Origin: Trueperaceae bacterium
Lineage (GTDB): Bacteria > Deinococcota > Deinococci > Deinococcales > Trueperaceae
Assembly: GCA_965214405.1 (NCBI GenBank)
Contig: OZ243956.1
Location: 32,001 to 96,000, forward strand
Direction of reading: 5' to 3'
Length of the DNA: 64,000 bases
The notes under the pieces: model-generated
What the model was told of the DNA's origin: nothing
Databases searched by the model: none
What the model saw: only the letters and a program-made list of their open reading frames with translations
Shown: in pieces, positions 42,837 to 52,788 of the stretch
Layout: each line of letters begins with the position of its first letter
Position numbering within the stretch: the stretch's first letter is position 1
Program-made: the position numbers and the translations under genes

Positions 42837-43733
42837 GAACCAGTCTAAGAACTCCCATTAGGTGCATAAGCTACCAATGCAGTAGTACCCGCAAGCAGAT
42901 GAGGATAGCCGAGACGGTGGCGTAAGCAAGGTAATGTTCCGCTTTCCGTTCGTAGCGGACTACTAGCCCTCGGAAGTTGTCCTGCCAAGCATTGACCCGT
43001 TCCACTTGCCAACGCCTTTTGCTGGCCGGGTACAGCTTCGGCTTCGGCCCCTTCTGACGACGCTTGCCTCTTCTCTTTCTTTCGGGTACGGAAGCGCGGA
43101 TGCCCCGAGCCCGCAGAGACTGCCGGAGGTCACGACTGTCGTAGGCTCTGTCCATAGCAACTTCTAAAAGTCGGGTTTTGGGACGCCCTCGCCCCGCTTT
43201 AGGAACACGTACCTTCGCAAGAACATCAAGAGCCACACTTGATTCGGCGGTGCTGGCGCTTGCCAGAGACAAAGCGACCGGAATGCCGTGGGCTTCGTTG
43301 GCGACCATTAAAGTAGAGCCTTTCCCTTTGTAGCCGTAGTCGATGCGGTTGCCCCCCTTTTTGCAGGGACAAAGCTCCCATCTAGCGCGCCTTCTCCGAG
43401 GTTGAGCTTTCCTTCTTTATCAAGCAGCCCCAGAAGCTCCTGGAAAAGCTCATCCCACACCCCTTCTTCCGTCCAGCGCCTCAGCCAGTAGTAGACGGTA
43501 CTACGTGCAGCATACGCCTCTGTTCTCGGGAGGTCTTTGTACCTTACCCCCGTCTTGAGCCGGTAGATGACGCTGTTCAGCACCTCTCTATCGTGTTCCC
43601 GGCGGCGTCCGGTAGAGGGTTGTGGAGGAAGCAGCGGTTCGAGAATCTCCCACTGCTCATTGGTGAGCTTAGTATCGTTCATGGCTCTACACTATTCACC
43701 TACTCAAACTTTTATGCGTTCTTGGACTACTTC
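42837..43733 (-). mobile_element. IS5-family (IS427-like, two-ORF) insertion sequence, 897 bp
   Basis: Terminal IRs GAACCAGTCTAAGAAC / rc GAAGTAGTCCAAGAAC (13/16), TG on both flanks; split transposase. Confidence 0.85.
42871..43682 (-). CDS. IS5 family transposase (orfA 43308-43682 + orfB, -1 frameshift)
   Basis: LTNEQWEILEPLLP, GRRREHDREVLN, LDGSF, MDRAYD, RWQVER, LVVRYE; slippery AAAAAAGGGGGG near 43351-43362. Confidence 0.88.
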
Positions 43734-43781
43734 TGGGGAAAGGGCGATTTCCGCTGGCGTTCAAATTGAAAACTGCTTCGT

Positions 43782-43810
43782 AATCTATCACCCTACCCCA
43801 ACGCCGTCAA
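43782..43810 (-). promoter_or_regulatory. Probable native promoter of the ABC/sulfatase operon, separated from it by the IS5
   Basis: TTGACG-N17-TAGATT on minus strand. Confidence 0.5.
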
Positions 43811-44122
43811 GTCTCAGTAAGGGATAGCAGCCGTTCCAAATTCAACCAAATTCACTTCCAAAGATGTGCTGAATAGCATTTTTAGGAGGAATACGAAACA
43901 TCAACTAAGGGGCTATGGCAGAAAAGAACCGCTCAGTTTCTGACAAAACAGCTTCCTTGGCGACCTCGATGAGGGGCCTTGTTAGACTTTTAGCTTTCTT
44001 CCGGGCAAGGTCTTAGGAGGTTGGCCGCTGTGCTAACAAGATTTTGCCTATTCACCACCGTCTGAGAGAGGTTTTACTAAAATTAGGAACGGCTGGCTTC
44101 ATCGCTCCATCTCCGCAAAGGC

Positions 44123-45481
44123 GGGTGCAGCCCGCTAGTGTCGGATTAAGCCGGGGCAGGGTAAGCGAGGTGCCTGAGCTGCCCAAAGTCAATGAGGGAA
44201 TGTTTGGCACAGGTCTGGGCACGCAAAGAGGCCATACTGGCAGCACCTTGTTTGGACCAGTGCATCCCGCTTCTTTTCATACGGTTTCCGATAACGGCTT
44301 TGTTCATCCCTTCGATTTGCCCTGAACCGATGGGATAGCCTTTTTCTGTGAACCGAGCATAATCCATACTGTCAAGCCGGGTTTCAAGATACTTTAGAGC
44401 AGTTTGCGCTTTGTCATCCCAGGTGAGCCAGACCTCGGGTTTAGGAAGGTGGTGAGCGAGCCAGTCACGGGCGTTGAGCTGACCCCGATACCAGTCACAG
44501 CGGTGGCGCGTTCTTAGGTCTTCATCCCAAGCCAGTGCTTGCATGATGGTGTCGAGGTACTGAGTGGCGTGGTAGACGTCGGTGATTCTTACGGCGTCGA
44601 GATGACAAAAGATGTTGTCAATCCAAACGGCTCCATCACCCAAACCGAGCAGCGTATCCGCGGGGGTGACTCCGGCTTCGTTGAGTAAACCCGCCACGAG
44701 CGTGACAAAGTCTTCGGCACAGCAGCGTTCGGCCAACATCCAGCGCTGACTCGGAGCGGCTTGCGGATAAAGTACGGCTGTTTTGAGTTCCAGGCCAGGA
44801 CATAGCCCCTGTTCAGGTTGCCCTAAGACGTAGACGCCGTCCATTTGCAACACCATGACGCGTCCTTGTCGGCGTGCCGCTTCAGGCTCTGAACAAGACA
44901 ACAGTCTGTCTGCCACCTCGGCTCGACACGCCTCAGCGTAGGGGCGTTGCAAGCGGTCTAATTCTGACGAGCTAATCCTCAGGCCGAAGTTGCGCGCGAT
45001 GTAAGCGCCTTCTTCTAAGGGCACGCGCGCTGCTAAGTCGGTCAGGCAAGCTAAGGCTTTGGGCGTCCAGCCCGAATGGTCTAAGCGTCTATCGAGGATA
45101 GCTTGTTTGGCTCGACCCTCTCTATCAACCAGCCTTTGTACCTCGACATAGACCCGGCCCCACAAGTGCTTAACCGCGCAGCGACGTTTGCCGTTACCCC
45201 AATAGCCTTCAGGTACTTCTCTTTTGTGCTCGGGGGGAAAAGCTCCGGCTATCTGCCAGAGCTTGCATAGTCTCACTCATCATCGCTTGATAATGCGCCA
45301 GCATCGCCGTCTCAACCTCGGCTACACCCGCATCTTCGGGTAGGTCTCGTTCCAAAGCTTCTAAGTACCTGCCAAACGCTTCCTTCGCCCGTTCTTTCCA
45401 ATCACCTGTCTGGCTCGTTTTCATCCGCCATTCTACCGCTGCTACGCCCCTTTTTCTATCCGCCTATTTGGGGTTGCACCC
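44123..45481 (-). mobile_element. ISKra4-like (IS256-related) insertion sequence, 1359 bp
   Basis: IRs GGGTGCAGCCC-N8-CGGAT / GGGTGCAACCC-N8-CGGAT; 9-bp target duplication CGCAAAGGC at 44114-44122 and 45482-45490. Confidence 0.88.
44146..45424 (-). CDS. ISKra4-like DDE transposase in two overlapping ORFs (45209-45424 and 44146-45276)
   Basis: MDG, GDGAVWI, DVYHA..YL, PIGSGQIEG..K.VI..RMKRSGMHWS; TTTTCCCCCC run in the ORF overlap. Confidence 0.85.
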
Positions 45482-45497
45482 CGCAAAGGCGCAAAGA

Positions 45498-45526
45498 TTG
45501 ACGGTGCGCCTTGAGCGCTGTAAACT
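45498..45526 (+). promoter_or_regulatory. tRNA promoter
   Basis: TTGACG-N17-TAAACT. Confidence 0.65.
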
Positions 45527-45542
45527 ACTTAGCACGAGGCGC

Positions 45543-45617
45543 GGGCGGTTAGCTCAGCGGGAGAGCACTCGCTTCACACGCGAGGGGTCGTAGGTTCAAA
45601 TCCTATACCGCCCACCA
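45543..45617 (+). tRNA. tRNA-Val (CAC)
   Basis: GGGCGGT acceptor, AGCTCAGCGGGAGAGC D arm, CTCGC-TTCACAC-GCGAG anticodon arm, GGTTCAAATCC, encoded CCA. Confidence 0.97.
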
Positions 45618-45735
45618 GAAGAAACAGCGTATAGCACGCAGTAAACCAGAATGCTTGAATGGCGTTCTGGTTATCTTTTTGACTATCGGCACCTATTGGA
45701 CCTTTTTCAGCCTGGTTGTGTGGAGGTCCGAAGTT

Positions 45736-46167
45736 ATGAGGACCGCCACCAATCAGGACCAAGAAACAAGCAACGGCGGCAAGGCTAGGTGCGACAGGAC
45801 CACCCCGCCCCTATCCACTAAGAGGGGGGCGGCGCTGACAGACCGGACGCAGGGTGAGCAGGAGCTAACCGCTAGCATTCACTGGTTAGCGGCCACAACC
45901 ACGGGGAAGGAAGCGGACGTGCTGGGATTCGTCTCAGCTACCCTCGGCGGTGCCGACTTTGAAACGTCTGAGCGGGGCGTGAGCGGCTATACCCGCACCT
46001 ACAGAACCATCTACGGGCTCAGGCTCTTCGTCAACGACGAACGCCCGGAAATGGGCTTACACATGATTGCTGATGGTCATGCGTGTGAGTCCATCGGCTA
46101 CGACGCTCTCAGGATGATTTACAACACCCTCGAGCTCTCGTCATCCACTAAACCCAAGCCCCTGTAG
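45736..46167 (+). pseudogene. Truncated replication initiation factor (Rep_trans/NicK-like) remnant
   Basis: SD GGAGG; TPPLSTKRG, SIHWLAAT, GVSGY, MGLHMIADGHAC resemble the Rep_trans N-terminus; stops before the catalytic core. Confidence 0.5.
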
Positions 46168-46187
46168 CAACCGGTACCATAGACGCT

Positions 46188-47543
46188 ATGCTCCCCCCAC
46201 CCAACGACACCATTACCGCCATCGCCACCGCGCCCGGCGTGGGCGCGGTCGGCATCGTGCGGCTCTCGGGTCCGGCGTGTTACGAGATTGCCGACCGGAT
46301 GTTTCGCCCCAAGGCGGGCGGGCCTATGAGCGAGGTGCCCGCAGGCCGCGTGGTCTACGGCAGCGTGCGTGACGGCGACGAACTCGTGGACGAGGCGCTG
46401 GGGCTGACCTTTCGCGCGCCGCGTTCCTACACGGGGCAGGACGTGGTGGAATTTCAAACGCACGGCGGCCCGGCGGTGCTGCGGCGGGTGCTGGAACTCT
46501 GCACCCTGCACGGCGCGCGTTTAGCCAAACCGGGCGAGTTCACGCTGCGCGCTTTTCTCAACGGGCGGCTCGACTTGGTGCAGGCCGAGGCGGTGTTGGA
46601 CCTTGTTAACGCGCAGTCCGACAGCGCGCGGCGCGGCGCGGCGCTGGGGCTCAGCCGGGCGCTGAGTGAGCAGTTGGGGCTCGTCCAGAACGACGTGACG
46701 GAAGTCTACGGCAACATCCAGGCGGTGTTCGACTACCCTGACGAGGGGGTGCCGGAGGCGGAGTTTTCAGGACCCCTGACGCGCGCGGTTACGCGCATCG
46801 ACGCGCTGCTCGCCACCGCCAAAGCCGGGGCCATCGCCAAACGCGGCGCGCGTTTGGCGCTCGTCGGGCGGCCCAACGTCGGCAAGTCGAGCCTGCTCAA
46901 CGCGCTTCTGGGCTACGAGCGCTCGATTGTGTCCAACATGCCCGGCACGACGCGCGACTATTTAGAAGCGCCCTTAGACATTTTGGGCGTGCCCGTGACC
47001 GCCATCGACACCGCCGGGATTCGGCAGACCAGCGACGCGGTCGAGGCGTCCGGGGTGGTGGTCGCAAAAAACATCGCGGCCAACGCCGACTTGAGCCTCG
47101 TGCTGCTCGACTCGAGCCGCCCCCTGTCCGAAGAGGACGTGGCACTCATAACGAACACCGACGCGGCGCGTAGTCTCGTCATTGCCAATAAAGCCGACCT
47201 CGAGCCCGCCTGGCACGCCGACATCGGCACCTTAGACGTTTCGAGACACGTCTACAGAGTCTCGGCGCGGACCGGGGCGGGATTAGAACCCCTCAAAGAG
47301 GCGGTGCGCGACGCGCTCATCGGCGACGCGGGTGGGGGCGAACTGTGGCTCACCAACGAACGCCACGCCGAGGCGCTCTCGCGCACCAAAGCCCTTTTAG
47401 AACGCGCGCTTGACGCTCCCGACGACCTCGCCGCGCTCGACCTAGAAGAGGCGCTACGCACCCTCGCCGACATCACGGGGCGGGGCGAGATTGCCGAGGA
47501 GACGCTGGAGCATATTTTTAGCCACTTTTGTGTGGGGAAATAG
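46188..47543 (+). CDS. mnmE: tRNA modification GTPase
   Basis: DTITAIATAPG, SYTGQDVVE, GRPNVGKSS, GTTRD, DTAG, NKAD, FCVGK. Confidence 0.98.
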   Translation: MLPPPNDTITAIATAPGVGAVGIVRLSGPACYEIADRMFRPKAGGPMSEVPAGRVVYGSVRDGDELVDEALGLTFRAPRSYTGQDVVEFQTHGGPAVLRRVLELCTLHGARLAKPGEFTLRAFLNGRLDLVQAEAVLDLVNAQSDSARRGAALGLSRALSEQLGLVQNDVTEVYGNIQAVFDYPDEGVPEAEFSGPLTRAVTRIDALLATAKAGAIAKRGARLALVGRPNVGKSSLLNALLGYERSIVSNMPGTTRDYLEAPLDILGVPVTAIDTAGIRQTSDAVEASGVVVAKNIAANADLSLVLLDSSRPLSEEDVALITNTDAARSLVIANKADLEPAWHADIGTLDVSRHVYRVSARTGAGLEPLKEAVRDALIGDAGGGELWLTNERHAEALSRTKALLERALDAPDDLAALDLEEALRTLADITGRGEIAEETLEHIFSHFCVGK

Positions 47544-47546
47544 CAG

Positions 47547-47580
47547 TGAGTAGTGGTTGGAAAAGTCCAACCACTACTCA
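47547..47580. terminator. Stem-loop between convergent genes
   Basis: TGAGTAGTGGTTGGA-AAAG-TCCAACCACTACTCA perfect 15-bp stem. Confidence 0.7.
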
Positions 47581-47636
47581 CCAACCATTAGCCACTTCTC
47601 AGTCTCGTCTTGAACCCAGGCCAAATTAGGTTTGGG

Positions 47637-48317
47637 CTAGAGCGCAACAAGCGCTTGCGCCTCACCTGTGGGTTGGGGGGAGCCGCCGGGGGGCTCGAGC
47701 GTCACCGCCAGGGTGCCTCCCGGCGTCAGGGCTTCGGCCAAAAAGGTGTGGCCCTCCCAGACGCCAAGGGGGCGCGCTTCGCCTTCGCTTAAGCACCAAG
47801 CTTGGTAGACGCGTCCCTCGGGGGGCGCTGTGTCGAGGGCGAGAAACATTTGCTGGTTGGGCAGCGTGACGCGCGTGCCGACGGGGCGTCCCTCCGGGTC
47901 CAGCAGCGGGGACTCGGTCGCGCCGGGTTTTGCATTGTAAAAGCGCAGGCGCTCGCGCACCTCGGGGGGGTGAACGGGTCGTGACAGCCAGAGACCCGCG
48001 GCGACCTTGGCGGCCATCCCGGCCCCCAGCCACCAGCGCCAGCCAGGAACGTTTTCCCCTTCCCCATTCTCTCCAGGCTTTTCCCGGCGAACGCGCTTTA
48101 GGAGCGCTCCTTCAGCGCCCGCCGGGACGGGTTCGGGCGGCAGCGTCATGACGAGCTCGCTCAACACGGTGAGGTAGTCGCGCACCGTACGCGCCGCCTC
48201 CGGGTGCGTTTCCAAGTAGGCTTCGACCTCCGCCTCTTCCCGAGGGGAAAGGGTGCCCAATGCGTAGGCGACCAGACTGTCCTCGAGCCTGTTTTCCAAG
48301 CTTTCTTCGCCCATCAC
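47637..48317 (-). CDS. Anti-sigma factor (RskA-like)
   Basis: AYALGTLS..E...VE.YL, TM, YQAW, AVTLEPPGGSPQPT. Confidence 0.88.
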   Translation of the reverse strand: MMGEESLENRLEDSLVAYALGTLSPREEAEVEAYLETHPEAARTVRDYLTVLSELVMTLPPEPVPAGAEGALLKRVRREKPGENGEGENVPGWRWWLGAGMAAKVAAGLWLSRPVHPPEVRERLRFYNAKPGATESPLLDPEGRPVGTRVTLPNQQMFLALDTAPPEGRVYQAWCLSEGEARPLGVWEGHTFLAEALTPGGTLAVTLEPPGGSPQPTGEAQALVAL

Positions 48318-48946
48318 GCGTCATCCCCCCTTTCGGCGTTCTGTGCGGTTTCTTGTGTGTTTGCGTCCGCTCGAGCCTGGCCGCGCCTCTGTGTTTGGGC
48401 GAGTTTGTCGAGCGCCGCGCGTAACGCCGCGCCGACGGCGGCGGGCGACATGCCCGTAGCGGCGGCGAGTTCGCCCACGCTGCACCCTTCATAAAACGCC
48501 CTGTCGAGCAGCTCGAGCTCGTTCGCTGCGTCACCCCTACCACCCGCTACCTCATGCCCGTCTTCTACGCCGGAGTTAGCGCTGGCGTTAACATTAAAGT
48601 TTGCGCCTGACCGTACGCCTCCGGAAGCAAACGACACAGGCGCGACCGAGCTGTTTCGCTTCTCCAGAGCCACGCGGTGAGCGGTCATGACCAGCCACGC
48701 CCTGGCGCTCTCCCGAGTCGGCTCAAACGTATGGGCGGTTTCCCACGCTCTCTCGAACGCCTCCTCGACGCCCTCGGAGGCGTTACCCCCCACCATGCGG
48801 CGCATCAGCGCCATGAGGTGAGGGGCGTAACGCGCGTGAAGCTCCAGAAGCGCCGCGTCGTCGCCCGCGGCCATCCGCGCCACCAGGCGCTCGTCGGAAT
48901 CATTGGACCGTCTCACGTTTATAAACCGCGCACCCTCGAGCCGCAC
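48314..48946 (-). CDS. ECF RNA polymerase sigma factor (SigK-like, divergent)
   Basis: SDERLVARMAAGD..AL..L, ARAWL..AHR, AFYEG.S..ELA; coupled to anti-sigma. Confidence 0.8.
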   Translation of the reverse strand: MRLEGARFINVRRSNDSDERLVARMAAGDDAALLELHARYAPHLMALMRRMVGGNASEGVEEAFERAWETAHTFEPTRESARAWLVMTAHRVALEKRNSSVAPVSFASGGVRSGANFNVNASANSGVEDGHEVAGGRGDAANELELLDRAFYEGCSVGELAAATGMSPAAVGAALRAALDKLAQTQRRGQARADANTQETAQNAERGDDA

Positions 48947-49156
48947 CGCGCCACCCCGAGGGCCTTCCCCTTCTCCACAGCTCGCCGCGTCCCACCGCGT
49001 TTGGTCATCCTTCTACCCCCGCGCCATTATTGTGTCGTTGTCGCGCCATCGTCATGTCACTGTCGTACGGTTCTCTAAATCTCTACAAAATATTGACGAG
49101 CATACCCGCGCTTCCGGTTTGAAACCACCCCACATGATACCCAACGCGTCACCCTC

Positions 49157-49762
49157 TCACACCTGATAAGACGCCTCGACCTCGCGCGCGGCGGCCTGAA
49201 CCGCGCCCGGGAACTCGGCGGTGATGGATTCCAACACGCGCTCGGCGGTGAAGTGAATCATTTTGAGGAGCGCCCGCCCGCCCCAACGCTCGGGTTCGGG
49301 CAGGTGCAGGTGAATGGCGATGTCGAAGCGGTAACTCACGTGACTGCCGCCGGGATGGGGGCGCACCTCGGCCTCGCCCGCGACCTCCGCCCAGCCGGGG
49401 CGCAGATGCTCCAGCGGCACGCTGCGGAGCACCGCGCCGCGCGGCGTGGGGAGCAGACGGCTCTCAAAGGCGAGCTCTTGTTGACCAAAGAGCGCCGCGT
49501 TGACCGGGATGCGCGCGCGCACTGTGGTTTCATCTGTGGTCTCATCTGTGGTTCCATTTACTGTGGTTTTATTTGTGGTCTCGCCCGCCTCACGGACGCC
49601 CTCGACAGGCCCTGCGAGCGTCGCCACGCTGGGGAGGGTTTCCAGATGCTGGATAAACGTCACCTTAGAGAGGCTCGCCTCGGCGTCACGCACGAAGTCG
49701 ACGGCGGCTCCCTTGCTGAGCGAGAGCGCGAAATCGAACCCTACCGAGTGCGTAATCTTCAC
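49157..49762 (-). CDS. DUF3809-like (SRPBCC-fold) protein
   Basis: F.SRL..TP.GA.L, W.EV.G, LP..E.WGGRA motifs recalled from Deinococcota proteins. Confidence 0.65.
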   Translation of the reverse strand: MKITHSVGFDFALSLSKGAAVDFVRDAEASLSKVTFIQHLETLPSVATLAGPVEGVREAGETTNKTTVNGTTDETTDETTVRARIPVNAALFGQQELAFESRLLPTPRGAVLRSVPLEHLRPGWAEVAGEAEVRPHPGGSHVSYRFDIAIHLHLPEPERWGGRALLKMIHFTAERVLESITAEFPGAVQAAAREVEASYQV

Positions 49763-49837
49763 GTGCGACCTTTCTCCCTGGCGTGTTCCTCCTGCGACTG
49801 TACCCCCGCCCCCTCGCCTCTACCGTCTTGACCCCTA

Positions 49838-50164
49838 CTATACGCTCCCCCTACCCTCCGGCGCGTGACCTATCCACTCGACTCTCAGTTCGCCCTCGCG
49901 GCCCGCGACCTCCAGCTCGGCGTCCGTGACCGTTTTGAGGCGGGGCAGCTCGGCAAAAAGCGCGGCGGCGCTCGCCAATCCCACCCGCACCGTGACGGGG
50001 CCGTCGTCGGTCGTCCGGCCGATGCGCCACACCAGCAGGGGGGCCAGCGCCTCGAGCGCGGGCGAGAGGTCGCGGGTTTCCTTTACCTCCTCGGCGGCAT
50101 CCTCACCGTCGGCACGGGTGTTGTCAGCGTTGTTGTCGGCGTCAATAGGGTCAGCGTCAGGCAT
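49838..50164 (-). CDS. DUF3248-like protein
   Basis: LVWRIG...VTVRVGLASA...FA.LPRL...RVEW. Confidence 0.75.
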   Translation of the reverse strand: MPDADPIDADNNADNTRADGEDAAEEVKETRDLSPALEALAPLLVWRIGRTTDDGPVTVRVGLASAAALFAELPRLKTVTDAELEVAGREGELRVEWIGHAPEGRGSV

Positions 50165-50167
50165 GGC

Positions 50168-51370
50168 TTACTCCTCGAGTTCCAGGGCGGCGAACGTCAG
50201 GTAGCGCGTTTCGGGCACGCCCAAACGTTCGGGGTGACAAGAGGCCGCGCCCCGCCGCTCGAGCACCCGCATCCGAACCCCCGCGTCCGCGGCGGCCTCG
50301 GTCAGCATGGCGTAAAAGTCGGGTTCGCTCACGTGATGGCTACAGCTTGCGGTGAAAAGCCGACCCCCCGGCCCCAGGAGCGTCATCGCCCGCAGGTTGA
50401 TTTCTTTGTAACCGGTGAGGGCGCGCGCCACGTTACTGCGCCCTTTGGCAAAGGCGGGCGGGTCTAAAACGATGGTGTCGAAGCGCTCCCCCGCTTCTGA
50501 GAGAGACCGCAGCACCTCGAAAGCGTCCCCCTTGTGCGTACGCAGCCCCAGCCCGTTGCGCGCCGCGCCCGCCTCGACTTGCGCTAAAGCCGCGGCGCTC
50601 GAGTCCACCGCCAGCACCTCGGTTTGGGCGGTCTCAGCCGCGCTCGCAAGTTGCAGGGCGAAACCGCCGTGGTACGAAAAAACGTCCAAACATCTCCCGC
50701 GCGCCAAGCTCCCCGCATACACATGATTCTCGCGCTGGTCCAAAAATGCGCCGGTCTTCTGACCCGTGTAAGGCGCGGCGAAGAGCGTGACCGACCCCTC
50801 GCGGTAAGGAACCCTCTCGGGCACCTCGCCGTAAAGCGCCGAGACCTCTTGGGGCAAGCCCTCGAGCGCCCTCACGGGCGAATCGTTGCGGGCGAGCACG
50901 CCTTTGGGTCCGTAGTGGGTGCGTAACGTCTCGAGGATGGCGGGCACGAAGGGTGCCAAACCCGCGGCGTGAACTTGCATGACCAGAACGTCGGCGTACT
51001 TGTCTACGGTCAGGCCGGGTAAGCCGTCTCCCTCGCTATGCACCACCCGAAAGGCCTCGTATCCGTCGGTCACGCGGTCGCGGTAGGCGCACGCCCGCGC
51101 CACGCGGGAGGCGAAAAAGCTTTCGTCGACGGGCTCGGTTTGGGTGGTCAAGAACCGAAAGGCGAGTTTTGAGCGGGGGTTGTAGAGCCCCTGGCCCACC
51201 GGACGGCCGCGCGCGTCCACGGCGAGCGCGAGTCCCGGCGCGCTTGGTGCGTGGGAGGGTTGAAGGTCGCTGGCAAACACCCACGGGTGGCCCCCCTCGA
51301 GCCGCCGCAGGCCTTTCGGTTTGAGTTTTATCGTCTCGAGCCCAATCTTACGCTCCAGCGTTTCTCTCAT
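50168..51370 (-). CDS. Class I SAM-dependent rRNA methyltransferase (RlmI family)
   Basis: GHPWVF PUA domain, SEGDGLPGL, GQKTG.FLDQR, LDPPAF, TASCS. Confidence 0.92.
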   Translation of the reverse strand: MRETLERKIGLETIKLKPKGLRRLEGGHPWVFASDLQPSHAPSAPGLALAVDARGRPVGQGLYNPRSKLAFRFLTTQTEPVDESFFASRVARACAYRDRVTDGYEAFRVVHSEGDGLPGLTVDKYADVLVMQVHAAGLAPFVPAILETLRTHYGPKGVLARNDSPVRALEGLPQEVSALYGEVPERVPYREGSVTLFAAPYTGQKTGAFLDQRENHVYAGSLARGRCLDVFSYHGGFALQLASAAETAQTEVLAVDSSAAALAQVEAGAARNGLGLRTHKGDAFEVLRSLSEAGERFDTIVLDPPAFAKGRSNVARALTGYKEINLRAMTLLGPGGRLFTASCSHHVSEPDFYAMLTEAAADAGVRMRVLERRGAASCHPERLGVPETRYLTFAALELEE

Positions 51371-51592
51371 ACGTTCTCAACCTTTGATTCCCGCCTCACG
51401 AATCCACGGTATCATGAACGGCTCTCCCCGCCGCCTTTTGTAGAAACCCACAGGGACGAAAAGATGAGAAACCTTTTTCTTAGCAACTTTTTTAGCGAGA
51501 TGTGAAAATCGTCGGTTGCGAAATGCTTTCACGGGGTAAGCTGGGGAGAGTTAAGCAGCCTCTGCAAGGGCAGGGGCTCAGGGCGAGGTCTT

Positions 51593-52654
51593 ATGTCATA
51601 CGAGCGCGAGCAACGCAACCCCGATTCATTCCAAAAACCCCAGCAGCAGACCCTCCCGAGCGAACCTCGAGAGGCTGGCGCTCCCCCCGCGTGGCGGCGT
51701 CGGGACTACGGCACGCTCCTTTTGAAGGGTGTGGCGATGGGCGCTGCCGACGTGGTGCCGGGCGTATCGGGCGGGACGATGGCGCTCATCTTGGGCATCT
51801 ACGAGGAGCTGATTACGAGCCTGCGCGCGCTCGGGCGGCCTCCCTTTTGGCGCGCGCTGCTAAGTGGGCGGCTAGGCAAGGCTTTTGGGGAGGCGCACGG
51901 GCGTTTTCTCGTCACGCTCGTCTGCGGGATCGCCCTAGCGGTCCTCAGTTTGTCGCGGGGGCTCGAGTGGCTCATCCTGAATCAGCCCGTGCCCGTCTGG
52001 AGCTTTTTCTTCGGCCTCATCGCCGCCTCGGTGCTGGTGGTGGGCGCGCGCGTGAGGCGGTGGGGCGTTACCACCGTGTTGGGGTTTATCGGGGGCGCTG
52101 TCGCGGCTTTCGTCCTGGTGGGCCTCACCCCGGCCGTAACGCCCGAGAGCGCCCTCTTCTTGTTCTTGAGCGGAGCGCTCGCCATTTGCGCGCTTATCCT
52201 GCCCGGCATTTCGGGGGCCTTTATCCTCGTGCTGCTCGGTAAATACGAGTTTATCCTCGGCGCGCTCAACCGGGGCGACGTGGTGCCCCTCATTTTCGTG
52301 GCGCTCGGCGCGGGGGTCGGGATTCTCTCGTTCGCGCAGGTGCTGGGCTGGCTTTTTCGGCACTACCACAACATTACGCTCGCGGTCCTGGGCGGCTTTA
52401 TGCTGGGGAGCCTGCGTAAGGTGTGGCCGTGGAAAGAGATAACGGGTGGAGACCTTGACGCAGACATTGACGCAGCGGCCAACACCCTGCCCGCGCTTAC
52501 CCAAGGGGGCGCGTTCAACACCGCCGTTTTGGTGGCGCTCCTCCTCGCGGCGCTTGGGTTCATTTTGGTGCTGGTCGTTGACCGGCAGGGGCGTCGTCAT
52601 GAGGCGAGAGAGCGTGCGCGGGTAGAAGACGAGGCGGCGCAGCCCGTGTCTTGA
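51593..52654 (+). CDS. DUF368 membrane protein (undecaprenyl-phosphate translocase family)
   Basis: MGAADVVPGVSGGT and ILPGISG repeats; GSLRKVWPW. Confidence 0.9.
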   Translation: MSYEREQRNPDSFQKPQQQTLPSEPREAGAPPAWRRRDYGTLLLKGVAMGAADVVPGVSGGTMALILGIYEELITSLRALGRPPFWRALLSGRLGKAFGEAHGRFLVTLVCGIALAVLSLSRGLEWLILNQPVPVWSFFFGLIAASVLVVGARVRRWGVTTVLGFIGGAVAAFVLVGLTPAVTPESALFLFLSGALAICALILPGISGAFILVLLGKYEFILGALNRGDVVPLIFVALGAGVGILSFAQVLGWLFRHYHNITLAVLGGFMLGSLRKVWPWKEITGGDLDADIDAAANTLPALTQGGAFNTAVLVALLLAALGFILVLVVDRQGRRHEARERARVEDEAAQPVS

Positions 52655-52788
52655 CCCCCGGAGCGACTTCGGAACATAGTGGGCTTACCTACCGCAACTC
52701 AGCGCAACATCATTCTGACAGAGTGTCATGACGCAGCATCACGACGGAGCACCAAGGCGGAAAAGGCGAGCGTAAAGGAGGCGGCACC

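Noticed and set aside
43916..44017. Short ORF between the two IS elements
   Set aside because: About 33 codons, no recognisable motif and no supporting context
45574..45762. 62-aa minus-strand ORF ending GGIGFEPTTPRV
   Set aside because: Antisense translation of the tRNA T arm
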